Source: Dehalococcoidia bacterium UBA5748
Lineage (GTDB): Bacteria; Chloroflexota; Dehalococcoidia; Dehalococcoidales; UBA5627
Length of the DNA: 64,000 nt
Assembly (NCBI GenBank): GCA_002419135.1
Contig: DIFM01000038.1
Location: forward strand, 1,922 to 65,921
Direction of reading: 5' to 3'
This document shows positions 46,381-54,921 of this stretch, one piece after another (position 1 is the stretch's first letter; each line of letters starts with the position of its first letter). The position numbers were made by a program, and so were the translations under genes. The notes below the pieces were generated by a model that worked only from the letters and a program-made list of their open reading frames with translations, made no database searches and had not been told where the DNA came from.

Positions 46381-46432
46381 TTGACAGCATACTCATCTTT
46401 TGCTAATATTGTAAATGAAAATATTATCATTT
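46381..46432 (+). promoter_or_regulatory. promoter with overlapping Zur/Fur-type operator
   Basis: TTGACA (46381-46386), 17 nt, TAATAT (46404-46409), then the 20-bp near-palindrome AAATGAAAATATTATCATTT (46413-46432). Confidence 0.5.
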
Positions 46433-46464
46433 AAGCGCCTGTTAAATATTAAGGATTGTAAAAA

Positions 46465-46914
46465 ATGAAGCTCGGTGAAGATAAAATCAAATCGTTATTG
46501 AGAAAGAACGGTTACAAGGCTACCCCGCAAAGGCTGACGGTTATTAAAGAGTTTGCCGAAAAGGATGAGTTTTTAACTCCGGCCGACCTGTATGACGGGC
46601 TGAAAAATATTCATCCGGATATTGGTATGGTAACCGTATACCGCGTATTGGATTTACTGGACAGGCTGGGACTGGTATGCAAGGTTCACTCCGGAGGCGA
46701 TTGTCATAAATATAAAATAAACACCGATGAACATCACCATCATCTGCTGTGTTCAAATTGCGGGATTGTCATCAATTTTCCCTGTGACGAACCCAATCTG
46801 GAAGATTTAAAGAAGAAAATAACAACAGAAACCGGATTTACTATAAAAACACATATCCTTGAATTCGTGGGGCTTTGCCCAAAGTGCAACCGGGAAAACA
46901 ATAAAAAAGATTAA
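46465..46914 (+). CDS. zur: Fur-family metalloregulator (Zur-like by context)
   Basis: Winged helix (…RLTVIKEFAEKDEFLTPADLY…VYRVLDLL…), then HHHHLLCSNCG…CPKC metal sites. Followed by a znuABC-like operon. Confidence 0.8.
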   Translation: MKLGEDKIKSLLRKNGYKATPQRLTVIKEFAEKDEFLTPADLYDGLKNIHPDIGMVTVYRVLDLLDRLGLVCKVHSGGDCHKYKINTDEHHHHLLCSNCGIVINFPCDEPNLEDLKKKITTETGFTIKTHILEFVGLCPKCNRENNKKD

Positions 46915-46920
46915 GAAGAC

Positions 46921-46940
46921 TGATAATTAAGATAATAATC
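46921..46940 (+). promoter_or_regulatory. second Fur-type box upstream of the binding-protein gene
   Basis: TGATAATTAAGATAATAATC contains two GATAAT hexamers. Confidence 0.35.
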
Positions 46941-47009
46941 TATGGTTAAAAACAGAAACGGCAATAGACACTTTCTATTTTCGTGTATGTTCGGGGAGGA
47001 ATATAACAT

Positions 47010-47873
47010 ATGAAAAATAATACAGCATCCGGATGGTATTTTTTAGCGGGAGCAGTAGTTCTTCTGCTGGCGGTAATGATGGGAGGATGTAAGCCGGGAA
47101 CAACAACAAGCGGCGATACCTTGAAAATAATCGCCTCTATCACTCCGGTTGCCGATTTCGTTGAACAGATAGGCGGAGATAAGGTTGAAGTGACATTGAT
47201 GGTTCCTGCCGGAGCCGACCCTCACACATACGAACCCACCCCCGGCCAGATGGTTTTTGTCAGCGAGGCCGATGTCTTTGTTAAAGTCGGCTCCGGTGTG
47301 GATTACGAAGAAATCTGGATGAACGATATCATGGATATGAACAGGGATATGCAACTGATTGATTGTTCGGAGGGAATCGACGTAATTAACGAAGACCCTC
47401 ATATCTGGACTTCTCCTCTAAATGCCCGGCAGATGGTCGAAAATATTTATAACGGCTTAATCACTTTGGATTCCGATAATGCGGATTACTATCAAACCAA
47501 CTATGAAAATTATGTGTCGGAATTGGAAACCCTGAACAGCGATATATTAGATATATTGGAGGGATACGAAAACCGCAACTTCCTGATTTATCATCCCTCT
47601 TTTGCCTACTTCGCTTCGGAATACAATTTAATACAGATACCTATCGAACACCAGGGGAAAGAACCCACTCCAAAGGTTATTCAGGATTGCATAGACCAGG
47701 CATACGAGCATAATTTAAATTATGTTTACGTGGCGCCACAGTTTGCAACGTCATACGCAGAATCAATTGCAGCCGAGATATCGGGTAGTGTATTATACAT
47801 TGACCCGTTACCGTCATCTTATATATCCGATACAAGGAGCGTAGCGGTATCCATTGCGCTGGAACTTGAATAA
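47010..47873 (+). CDS. znuA: metal (Zn/Mn) ABC transporter substrate-binding protein, ZnuA/TroA family
   Basis: Signal peptide with Cys (MMGGC). Cluster-9 SBP pattern (…GADPHTYEPTP…, …DPHIW…). Confidence 0.85.
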   Translation: MKNNTASGWYFLAGAVVLLLAVMMGGCKPGTTTSGDTLKIIASITPVADFVEQIGGDKVEVTLMVPAGADPHTYEPTPGQMVFVSEADVFVKVGSGVDYEEIWMNDIMDMNRDMQLIDCSEGIDVINEDPHIWTSPLNARQMVENIYNGLITLDSDNADYYQTNYENYVSELETLNSDILDILEGYENRNFLIYHPSFAYFASEYNLIQIPIEHQGKEPTPKVIQDCIDQAYEHNLNYVYVAPQFATSYAESIAAEISGSVLYIDPLPSSYISDTRSVAVSIALELE

Positions 47874-47876
47874 ATT

Positions 47877-48641
47877 ATGGTAAAAGAAAAGGAAATCGTT
47901 AAATTTAAAAATGTCTGGGCATACTATAATCATCACCCGGCACTACAGGATATAAACTTTTCAATACATGAAAATGACTTCCTGGGCATAATCGGACCTA
48001 ACGGAGGTGGAAAAACCACTCTTCTTAAAATAATGCTTTGCCTTTTAAAACCCCGGCGCGGTACGGTTACAGTGCTGGGGAAAAATCCCTGTGAAAGCCG
48101 TTCACAGATCGGTTACGTTCCCCAAAAATCCTATTTCGACAAGAATTTTCCCATCGACGTCTGGCAGGTAACTCTGATGGGTCTTTACAGCCAAACCGGT
48201 ATCTTCCGTCGTTATTCCCGCGAAGATAAAAAGAAAGCCGAGGAAGCCCTGGAAAGAGTAAGCATGCTGGAATATAAAAATCGCCAAATCGGAGAACTTT
48301 CGGGCGGTCAGCAGAAAAGGGTCTTTATTGCGCGCGCGCTGGCATCCGACCCGAAGTTACTGCTTCTGGACGAACCCATGGAGAGTGTGGACCCCAAAGT
48401 TCAGGGAGAGCTTTACGAACTGCTTAAGGAGCTTCAGCGGGAAATGGCAATTGTGCTCGTTTCCCACGATGTTACTGCTATTTCCATTTATGTAGATGAA
48501 ATCGCCTGTTTAAACCAGACGCTGGTTTATCACGGGACAAAAGAAATATCCGATGAAGTGTTGGAAGGTACATACCAGTGCCCGATTCACCTGATTGCGC
48601 ACGGCACTGTTCCGCACCGTGTTTTGAAGGAACACGAGTGA
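47877..48641 (+). CDS. znuC: metal ABC transporter ATP-binding protein
   Basis: Walker A GPNGGGKTT, signature LSGGQQKRV, Walker B LLLDEP. Confidence 0.85.
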   Translation: MVKEKEIVKFKNVWAYYNHHPALQDINFSIHENDFLGIIGPNGGGKTTLLKIMLCLLKPRRGTVTVLGKNPCESRSQIGYVPQKSYFDKNFPIDVWQVTLMGLYSQTGIFRRYSREDKKKAEEALERVSMLEYKNRQIGELSGGQQKRVFIARALASDPKLLLLDEPMESVDPKVQGELYELLKELQREMAIVLVSHDVTAISIYVDEIACLNQTLVYHGTKEISDEVLEGTYQCPIHLIAHGTVPHRVLKEHE

Positions 48642-49471
48642 TGTTTGATATATTCGGATACCAATTCATGCAAAATGCCCTGCTGGCAGGACTGTTGGCA
48701 TCGATTGCCTGCGGCATCATCGGCGCCTATGTCGTTTCCAAGAAAATCGTCTTCATCAGCGGCGGCATCGCTCATGCCTCTTTCGGCGGCATCGGGCTTG
48801 GTTACTTTCTCGGCATCAGTCCCGTTTTAGGTGCTACCGGTTTCGGTTTGCTCTCTGCCATTGCAATGGGACTGACCACCCGTAGAATAAAACTCCCCGA
48901 AGACACTGTTATAGGCATACTGTGGGCTGCCGGCATGGCGCTGGGAGCCATTTTTATCGGGCTTACTCCCGGATATACCACCGACCTGTTCAGCTATCTG
49001 TTCGGCAACATTCTAACCGTCCCGGATTCCGAATTATTGCTGATACTGATACTGGACGTTGTTATTCTCGGGGTTGTCGCCCTGCTGTACAAGGAATTTC
49101 TGGCGGTCTCCTTCGATGAAGAATACAGCACCGTAATCGGCATGCCGACTGAAAAGATTTACCTCACCATGCTTTGCCTGATTGCGCTGACAATCGTGGT
49201 AATGATTCGCGTGGTCGGCATCATACTGGTAATTGCACTGCTTACCATACCGGCTTCGCTGGCACGACAGTTTACCCATGATATGAAAAAGATGATGGCA
49301 CTTTCAGTGTTGTTCAGTGTTATTTTTACGTTTACCGGGCTGATGCTTTCCTACTGGCTCGACCTGGCTTCCGGTGCAACGATAATTATCACCGGCGTTG
49401 TTATCTTCACACTGGTTATCGCAATACGAAAACTGATATCCTCAAGAGGGTTGCCATCTAAAAAGATGTAG
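48641..49471 (+). CDS. znuB: metal ABC transporter permease
   Basis: MFDIFGYQFMQNALLAGLLASIACGIIG… is typical ZnuB/ABC-3. ATG 48641 overlaps the znuC TGA (TGATG). The track start at 48578 lies inside znuC. Confidence 0.85.
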   Translation: MFDIFGYQFMQNALLAGLLASIACGIIGAYVVSKKIVFISGGIAHASFGGIGLGYFLGISPVLGATGFGLLSAIAMGLTTRRIKLPEDTVIGILWAAGMALGAIFIGLTPGYTTDLFSYLFGNILTVPDSELLLILILDVVILGVVALLYKEFLAVSFDEEYSTVIGMPTEKIYLTMLCLIALTIVVMIRVVGIILVIALLTIPASLARQFTHDMKKMMALSVLFSVIFTFTGLMLSYWLDLASGATIIITGVVIFTLVIAIRKLISSRGLPSKKM

Positions 49472-49507
49472 CCTATAATCAGTAAAAAATTAGCGGGGGT
49501 ATTTATA

Positions 49508-50428
49508 GTGAACCTTTCCGTTCAGCTGGCGCCAAAAAACAGGCGCGGTTTACTTCTTTCCAATCCGGTAATGACGGCTTCCGGCACGTTCGGTTACGGG
49601 ACAGAGTACAGCAATCTTATCGATATTCAAAAACTGGGTGCTATTATCTGCAAGGGAACTACCCTCGAACCCAGAGAGGGCAATCTACAGCCCAGAGTTT
49701 GTGAAACCAACCACGGTATGCTGAACGCTATCGGACTGCAAAATATCGGCATCGAAGCCCTGATAAAGCAAAAAGCCCCCGAATGGGAAAAATGGGAAGT
49801 GCCGGTTGTGGTAAATATTGCCGGAAAAACCATCGATGAATATGCCAAACTGGCAGCAATGCTGGATGGTGTTGCAGGGGTACGCGGACTGGAAGTCAAT
49901 ATTTCCTGCCCCAATGTAAAAGCCGGCGGTGTCGAGTTCGGCACCAACCCCGAATCCGCCGCTGCGGTAACTTGCGCCGTGCGCAAAGCCACCGCCCTGC
50001 CCGTTATCGTAAAATTGACCCCGAATGTGGCAGATATAAAAAGCATTGCCAAAGCTGTCGAGAATGCCGGAGCGGATGCGATATCCCTCATCAATACACT
50101 AAGAGGGATGGCAATCGATATCAATAAAATGAAGCCTCTTTTAGGTAATATGAGCGGCGGGCTTTCTGGCCCTGCCGTAAAACCGGTGGCACTTTCAATG
50201 GTGTATGAAACAGCCGGCGTTGTTAAGATACCTGTTATCGGCTGCGGAGGGATTGTCACTGCCACGGATGCCATCGAGTTTATAATGGCGGGAGCCACTG
50301 CCATACAGGTGGGAACTGCCATATTCGTTAATCCGCAAGCTCCCATCGATATCCTGGAGGGTATCAAGGACTTTATGAGCAAAAAGGGAATCGATGACAT
50401 AGGCAGGCTTGTCGGCATTGCCCGCTAA
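49508..50428 (+). CDS. pyrD: dihydroorotate dehydrogenase, class 1B catalytic subunit
   Basis: …NPVMTASGTFGYG…, active-site NISCPNVKAGG, …GCGGI…. GTG start. Confidence 0.9.
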   Translation: MNLSVQLAPKNRRGLLLSNPVMTASGTFGYGTEYSNLIDIQKLGAIICKGTTLEPREGNLQPRVCETNHGMLNAIGLQNIGIEALIKQKAPEWEKWEVPVVVNIAGKTIDEYAKLAAMLDGVAGVRGLEVNISCPNVKAGGVEFGTNPESAAAVTCAVRKATALPVIVKLTPNVADIKSIAKAVENAGADAISLINTLRGMAIDINKMKPLLGNMSGGLSGPAVKPVALSMVYETAGVVKIPVIGCGGIVTATDAIEFIMAGATAIQVGTAIFVNPQAPIDILEGIKDFMSKKGIDDIGRLVGIAR

Positions 50429-50446
50429 TCTAAAAAATAGCCTCGG

Positions 50447-52048
50447 ATGGCTAAAATGTCTTTAAATTATTTATTCAATCGAATATCCGGAGAATTGCGA
50501 AAAAAAATAACCTTTTTATCCCTGCCGGTATGCCTTGTTTCTTTATTAGCGGCAGGATGCGCCGGTGCAGCAGAGTTTGAAACCTCGACAATACAGAGTA
50601 AATACCACGACATCGATAAATACATCGAGCGTATTCAGGAAAAAGAGCAAATCCCCGGCATAGCCATTGCAATAGTACAGGGAAGCGAAATCCTCTACTG
50701 TAACGCTTACGGTGTTTCAAGTGTGGATAGCAACCAACCGCTGACAACTGATACCCTGTTCGACCTGGCATCACTTACCAAATCGTTTACCGCACTCGGC
50801 GTATTGCTTATGGAGGATTCGGGGTTAATCGATATAGACCAACCTCTGCAAAAATACCTCCCTGACTTTCAAATCGCAGATGCAAGAGGAGCGGATATTA
50901 CTGTTCGCTATCTTCTAAACCAGACCAGCGGCATCCCCGGTATCTTTTCCGAAATCCTGATTTTCAACGACAGCTATGAAGAAATGCTGGCTTCACTCGG
51001 CAATTTAAGACTGAACAACGATCCGGGAACTGCTTTTGAATATGCCGACTTGAATTATTGTCTGCTGGGGGCACTGATTGAAAGAGTATCCGGCAAAACC
51101 TATGAAGAGTATATGGATTATGCTGTTTTTACTCCGCTCGGTATGAGCCATACCACAGTCGACCCGGATAAGGCTGAGGAATTAGGTAAAGCAGACGGGC
51201 ATCAACCGATGTACGGCAAGGTAGTCGCCCGCAACATCCCCGCCATGAAGAGCGCCAGGGCGGCCGGCTGGGTAATGTCCTGCGCCGAAGATATGGGGAA
51301 ATGGCTGCTCGTTAATTTGAACGGGGGAATTTTAGACGGCAAACAGGTAGTCCCTGCCGATGACATAGAGGAATTACATTCGATAGCCATCCTCTACGAG
51401 GATAACGACGAGCAAATGGCGTACGGAATGGGCTGGAGCATCAGCTGTAATACCGATATCCTCTACCACTTTCATTGCGGTGATACCCCCAACTTTACCG
51501 GCGACATGCTGCTACTGCCCGACTATGATACCGGCATTGCCGTAATGGTAAACGGGCAGGTTAGCAACGTCAGCCATAACATCGCCGCCGAAATTGCAAA
51601 TATGCAACTGGGATTAAAATTATCAGCTATAAATGTGCCATGGTGGGCGCATTGGAAAGCGCTGGATACTCTGGCAACCGGTATTCTTTTTTCGGTAATA
51701 GGGTTGTTTATTGTATTGATAATGTATCTATGGTGGTTAGCAAGACAATTTAACGCCGGTAAACGCTGCTTTTTCCGCTCAAAGATTGCGGGACCCTGCC
51801 CGCCGGCGTGGCAAACGGTGCTTTACCTATTGCCGATAACAATATTTTCATTGATATCTATCGGGGGAAACATCGTACTTAATACACTTTATGGATATAA
51901 CCTTTTTGAAGTGCTGGCTCTGTTCGGGAGGGGTGCACCCCCAGGCCTTTACATTTCGGGGATATTATCAATTGTAATACTTACAATGTGGGTTTTGCTG
52001 CTGGCTTTGGCGGGTTTGTTTATCCGTAAAACAAACGAAGTCTGCTAA
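50447..52048 (+). CDS. serine hydrolase (class C beta-lactamase/PBP4* family) with C-terminal membrane anchor domain
   Basis: SxxK motif SLTKSF, and the YADLNY region. About 130 C-terminal residues form four hydrophobic helices. Confidence 0.8.
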   Translation: MAKMSLNYLFNRISGELRKKITFLSLPVCLVSLLAAGCAGAAEFETSTIQSKYHDIDKYIERIQEKEQIPGIAIAIVQGSEILYCNAYGVSSVDSNQPLTTDTLFDLASLTKSFTALGVLLMEDSGLIDIDQPLQKYLPDFQIADARGADITVRYLLNQTSGIPGIFSEILIFNDSYEEMLASLGNLRLNNDPGTAFEYADLNYCLLGALIERVSGKTYEEYMDYAVFTPLGMSHTTVDPDKAEELGKADGHQPMYGKVVARNIPAMKSARAAGWVMSCAEDMGKWLLVNLNGGILDGKQVVPADDIEELHSIAILYEDNDEQMAYGMGWSISCNTDILYHFHCGDTPNFTGDMLLLPDYDTGIAVMVNGQVSNVSHNIAAEIANMQLGLKLSAINVPWWAHWKALDTLATGILFSVIGLFIVLIMYLWWLARQFNAGKRCFFRSKIAGPCPPAWQTVLYLLPITIFSLISIGGNIVLNTLYGYNLFEVLALFGRGAPPGLYISGILSIVILTMWVLLLALAGLFIRKTNEVC

Positions 52049-52617
52049 CTTTCCGTAAGTTTCTGCCCGGCAAGATAAGCCTTGCCTAAAGCGCCCGGTT
52101 CCAGGCTGATGTTTCCGGCTTTATCTATACCGGAAAAGACCAGTTCACCGGCATATTCGATATTCAGGCTGATAAAGAGCGCTTTGACCGTGGCGATTGC
52201 CGGCTGAAAGAGATTAGGGAACCTCTGCCCGCCTACCGAAACGAACATCCCCTTCCTGATTTTTTCATCACCCAGCGGAGGAATATGAAGTTTATACTTC
52301 TTCGCCCATAATGACTGGCAGCGGTCTACCATCGCCTTGGTTTGGGCGGTCAGACCCATAAAATGCAGCGGTGAAGCCAGCACGATTCTATCGGCAAGCA
52401 TTAGTTCTTTATATACCGACTGCATGTCGTCGTCGATTTTACAGATTCCGGCCGCAAAACAGGCATCGCAGTTCTCGCAGGGAGCGATATTCAACTCGCT
52501 GAGAGCGAGGCTTCTTACCTCTGCTCCTCTATTGGAAGCGCCGCGCAATACCTCTTCCAGCAACCTGTCGGTGTTGCCGTTACGACGCGGGCTGCCGGCA
52601 AGTCCCAGCACTCTCAT
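52045..52617 (-). CDS. flavodoxin-like NADPH-dependent FMN reductase / iron-sulfur flavoprotein
   Basis: MRVLGLAGSPRRNGNTDRLL… plus a Cys cluster CENCDAC…. Confidence 0.75.
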   Translation of the reverse strand: MRVLGLAGSPRRNGNTDRLLEEVLRGASNRGAEVRSLALSELNIAPCENCDACFAAGICKIDDDMQSVYKELMLADRIVLASPLHFMGLTAQTKAMVDRCQSLWAKKYKLHIPPLGDEKIRKGMFVSVGGQRFPNLFQPAIATVKALFISLNIEYAGELVFSGIDKAGNISLEPGALGKAYLAGQKLTES

Positions 52618-53105
52618 AATAAATCCCCCGATAAAGATTCGAGGATGATTTTTTCACGTGCCTCCATTATATCGGCCTCTCCGTCTTCCATATGGTCGTA
52701 GCCTAATAAATGCAGGACTCCGTGAATAATAAGAATAACCACTTCTTTTTTAACGGAATGCCGGTGATCCTCTGCCTGCATAATCGCCTGCGGGAAGCTG
52801 ATAATCACTTCCCCGAGGTGCCTGACATCATCGGCAAACCCGACAAAAGACAAATCCTCGCCGTCTTCAGAATGATATTCATCCTCCATGGCAAAGGACA
52901 GCACATCGGTCGGTTTATCGATTTTGCGGTATTCCTTATTAAGCCGGTGGATTCTCTCCTGCCCAGTCACAAGCAGGCTCATCTCGATATTATCGCCGGC
53001 ATTTTCAGCCTTGAGCGCGGACTCGATTATTACATGTAACCATTCTTCATCGAGACAACCCTCGAAACCATCATCGAACAGGATATCTATTTCCATAGTG
53101 CTCAT
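52614..53105 (-). CDS. ybeY: rRNA maturation endoribonuclease YbeY
   Basis: HGVLHLLGYDH zinc motif. Start uncertain (53096, 53105 or TTG 53132). Confidence 0.85.
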   Translation of the reverse strand: MSTMEIDILFDDGFEGCLDEEWLHVIIESALKAENAGDNIEMSLLVTGQERIHRLNKEYRKIDKPTDVLSFAMEDEYHSEDGEDLSFVGFADDVRHLGEVIISFPQAIMQAEDHRHSVKKEVVILIIHGVLHLLGYDHMEDGEADIMEAREKIILESLSGDLL

Positions 53106-53197
53106 AATAGCACAAGAATGAAGTATCGACAATTATTTTTGAGAATAAAGTTCAATAAAATATCATGCTGAGTTCGAGGTGAGACCGATAGTCAAAT

Positions 53198-53231
53198 CCG
53201 TTCGTGGTGAGCCTGTCGAACCATAACGGCA
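53198..53231. repeat. repeat family A copy
   Basis: ccgttcgtggtgagcctgtcgaaccataacggca. Its 29-nt core is identical to 19029-19057. Confidence 0.9.
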
Positions 53232-53304
53232 ATCTCAACCTTTCAATATTATCAGGACTACACTTTTTTATATATACAGAGCGGGGTAATTAATAGGTAT
53301 CATA

Positions 53305-53343
53305 GGGATTGCTTCGCCCCGACTGGTCGGGACTCGCAACGAC
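53305..53343. repeat. repeat family B copy
   Basis: gggattgcttcgccccgactggtcgggactcgcaacgac with internal hairpin cccgac/gtcggg. Confidence 0.8.
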
Positions 53344-53414
53344 TGTTAGTGTCTTGTCGGGCTAAATGCGTGAAGGACGACTATCAATCTGTCTTTGAGA
53401 GGAGTCCCGACAAA

Positions 53415-53468
53415 GCCGTTCTTGGTGCCTGTCCTGAGGTTCTCGAAGGAAGCCTGTCGAACCCATAG
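53415..53468. repeat. degenerate tandem family A copies
   Basis: ccgttcttggtgcctgtcctgagg followed by ttctcgaaggaagcctgtcgaacccatag. Confidence 0.6.
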
Positions 53469-53506
53469 TAGTGGTCATTTCATTCCCTCCGGTATCACAG
53501 AGGGTT

Positions 53507-54313
53507 TTATTTCTGGCAGTTGGGGCAGAAATAGGTGCCGCGCTGGTGTACTCTGATGCGTTGTAATGGAGTCCGGCATACAGGGCAGGGTTTATCCTTG
53601 CAGTGGGCGACCTTGAACTGTTTATGAGCGCTGCCTGTTTCTCCGTCAGGTCTGAAGTAGTTGGTAACGCTGGCACCCTTGTTCCTGATTCCCAGCTTTA
53701 AAACGTCCCGTATGGCTTTATGCAGCGTTTTGATTTCCTCTTTAGAGAGCGAGTTAGCAGGTCTTTCTGGGTGGATTTTTGAGGCAAATAAGGCTTCGTC
53801 GGCGTACATATTGCCGATACCTGCAATCAGACATTGATTTAATAAAATCCCTTTAATGGCAGTCTTTCGATTATTAAGCAGTCCTGCAAATGCCTCAACC
53901 GTGAACTCATCACTTAACGGCTCGATACCCAGTTTCCCCAGCAGGCAGTCGCAGTCCTTTACCAGTTGCATCTTTCCGAACTTACGCGGGTCGTTGAAAT
54001 AGATTTCGGTGTCGTTATCCAGATGAACTATGGCGCGGGTGTGGGGCGGGGGATTATTATGCCCCAGCATCAGCGAACCGCTCATTCTCATATGCATAAC
54101 CAGTTTATATCCGCTTTCGAGGTTAAAAATAAGATATTTGCCGCGCCTGTCCATGCCGCTTATCTTCTGACCTTTTATAATGCGCTCGAATTCCTCTTTG
54201 GCGGGATGCTGCAGCGTTCGCTCCCAGAGCAGCGTCACATTTATAATACTTCTTCCTGCGACATAAGGTTCGAGGTCGTTTTTTATGGTTTCGACTTCAG
54301 GAAGCTCAGGCAT
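53507..54313 (-). CDS. mutM: formamidopyrimidine-DNA glycosylase
   Basis: MPELPEVE N-terminus, H2TH region, C-terminal zinc finger CPVC…CPNC. Confidence 0.9.
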   Translation of the reverse strand: MPELPEVETIKNDLEPYVAGRSIINVTLLWERTLQHPAKEEFERIIKGQKISGMDRRGKYLIFNLESGYKLVMHMRMSGSLMLGHNNPPPHTRAIVHLDNDTEIYFNDPRKFGKMQLVKDCDCLLGKLGIEPLSDEFTVEAFAGLLNNRKTAIKGILLNQCLIAGIGNMYADEALFASKIHPERPANSLSKEEIKTLHKAIRDVLKLGIRNKGASVTNYFRPDGETGSAHKQFKVAHCKDKPCPVCRTPLQRIRVHQRGTYFCPNCQK

Positions 54314-54918
54314 TTTATATCTCTTTTCATTACATATTTATATGAGATTACAGCAGGAATAATTATAAGTATTCCTATTATAAGGCTGGAGAAGACATCG
54401 CTTAACCAGTGCTGCTCCAGATACAAGCGGGAAAATCCAACCGCTACGATTACCAAACCGGCTACGATTTGCAGCGCAATACACCAGGCTTTATTTTTAA
54501 CGACCCGCGGCAGGAAATAGATTATCAATCCTAACAGAATAGAGGTATATATCGTATGTCCGCTGGGGAAACTGTTTTGCAAAGAATCCTCTAAAGGTCT
54601 CGGTCTGTCGATAAGAAACTTTAAGATATAACTGATGGATACGCCGATATATGGTACGCCAACGATAAACAACGCTTCGATTTTCCTGTCAAACAACCAG
54701 AATATCAATCCTGCAATCAGACTGGCAATAATACAGTAGGGGAATGCACCCAAATATGAGATAAATGGCATAGATGAGTCAAAGAATGGAGATTGAATAT
54801 TGCTTATCCGGTTATTAACCGCTATATCGCCGGGGAAGCTCATACCGGAAACAACGGCGATGGTGATTAAGACCAGAAGGACAAGCAGCATTAGATAAGC
54901 GATGCGAAATATGCTCAA
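54283..54918 (-). CDS. PAP2-family phosphatase (membrane)
   Basis: Motifs KFLIDRPRP, SFPSGHT and SRLYLEQHWLSDV. 31-nt overlap with mutM. Confidence 0.85.
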   Translation of the reverse strand: MSIFRIAYLMLLVLLVLITIAVVSGMSFPGDIAVNNRISNIQSPFFDSSMPFISYLGAFPYCIIASLIAGLIFWLFDRKIEALFIVGVPYIGVSISYILKFLIDRPRPLEDSLQNSFPSGHTIYTSILLGLIIYFLPRVVKNKAWCIALQIVAGLVIVAVGFSRLYLEQHWLSDVFSSLIIGILIIIPAVISYKYVMKRDIKCLSFLKSKP

Positions 54919-54921
54919 AGG

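Noticed and set aside
49627-50418. 263-aa minus-strand ORF opposite pyrD
   Set aside because: It is a shadow ORF. PyrD motifs on the plus strand are unambiguous.
53362-53676. 104-aa minus-strand ORF spanning the ybeY-mutM spacer
   Set aside because: It is largely built from repeat families A/B and overlaps the mutM 3' end, the type of spurious repeat-derived ORF seen also at 60456-60740, 28063-28420 and 20941-21214.
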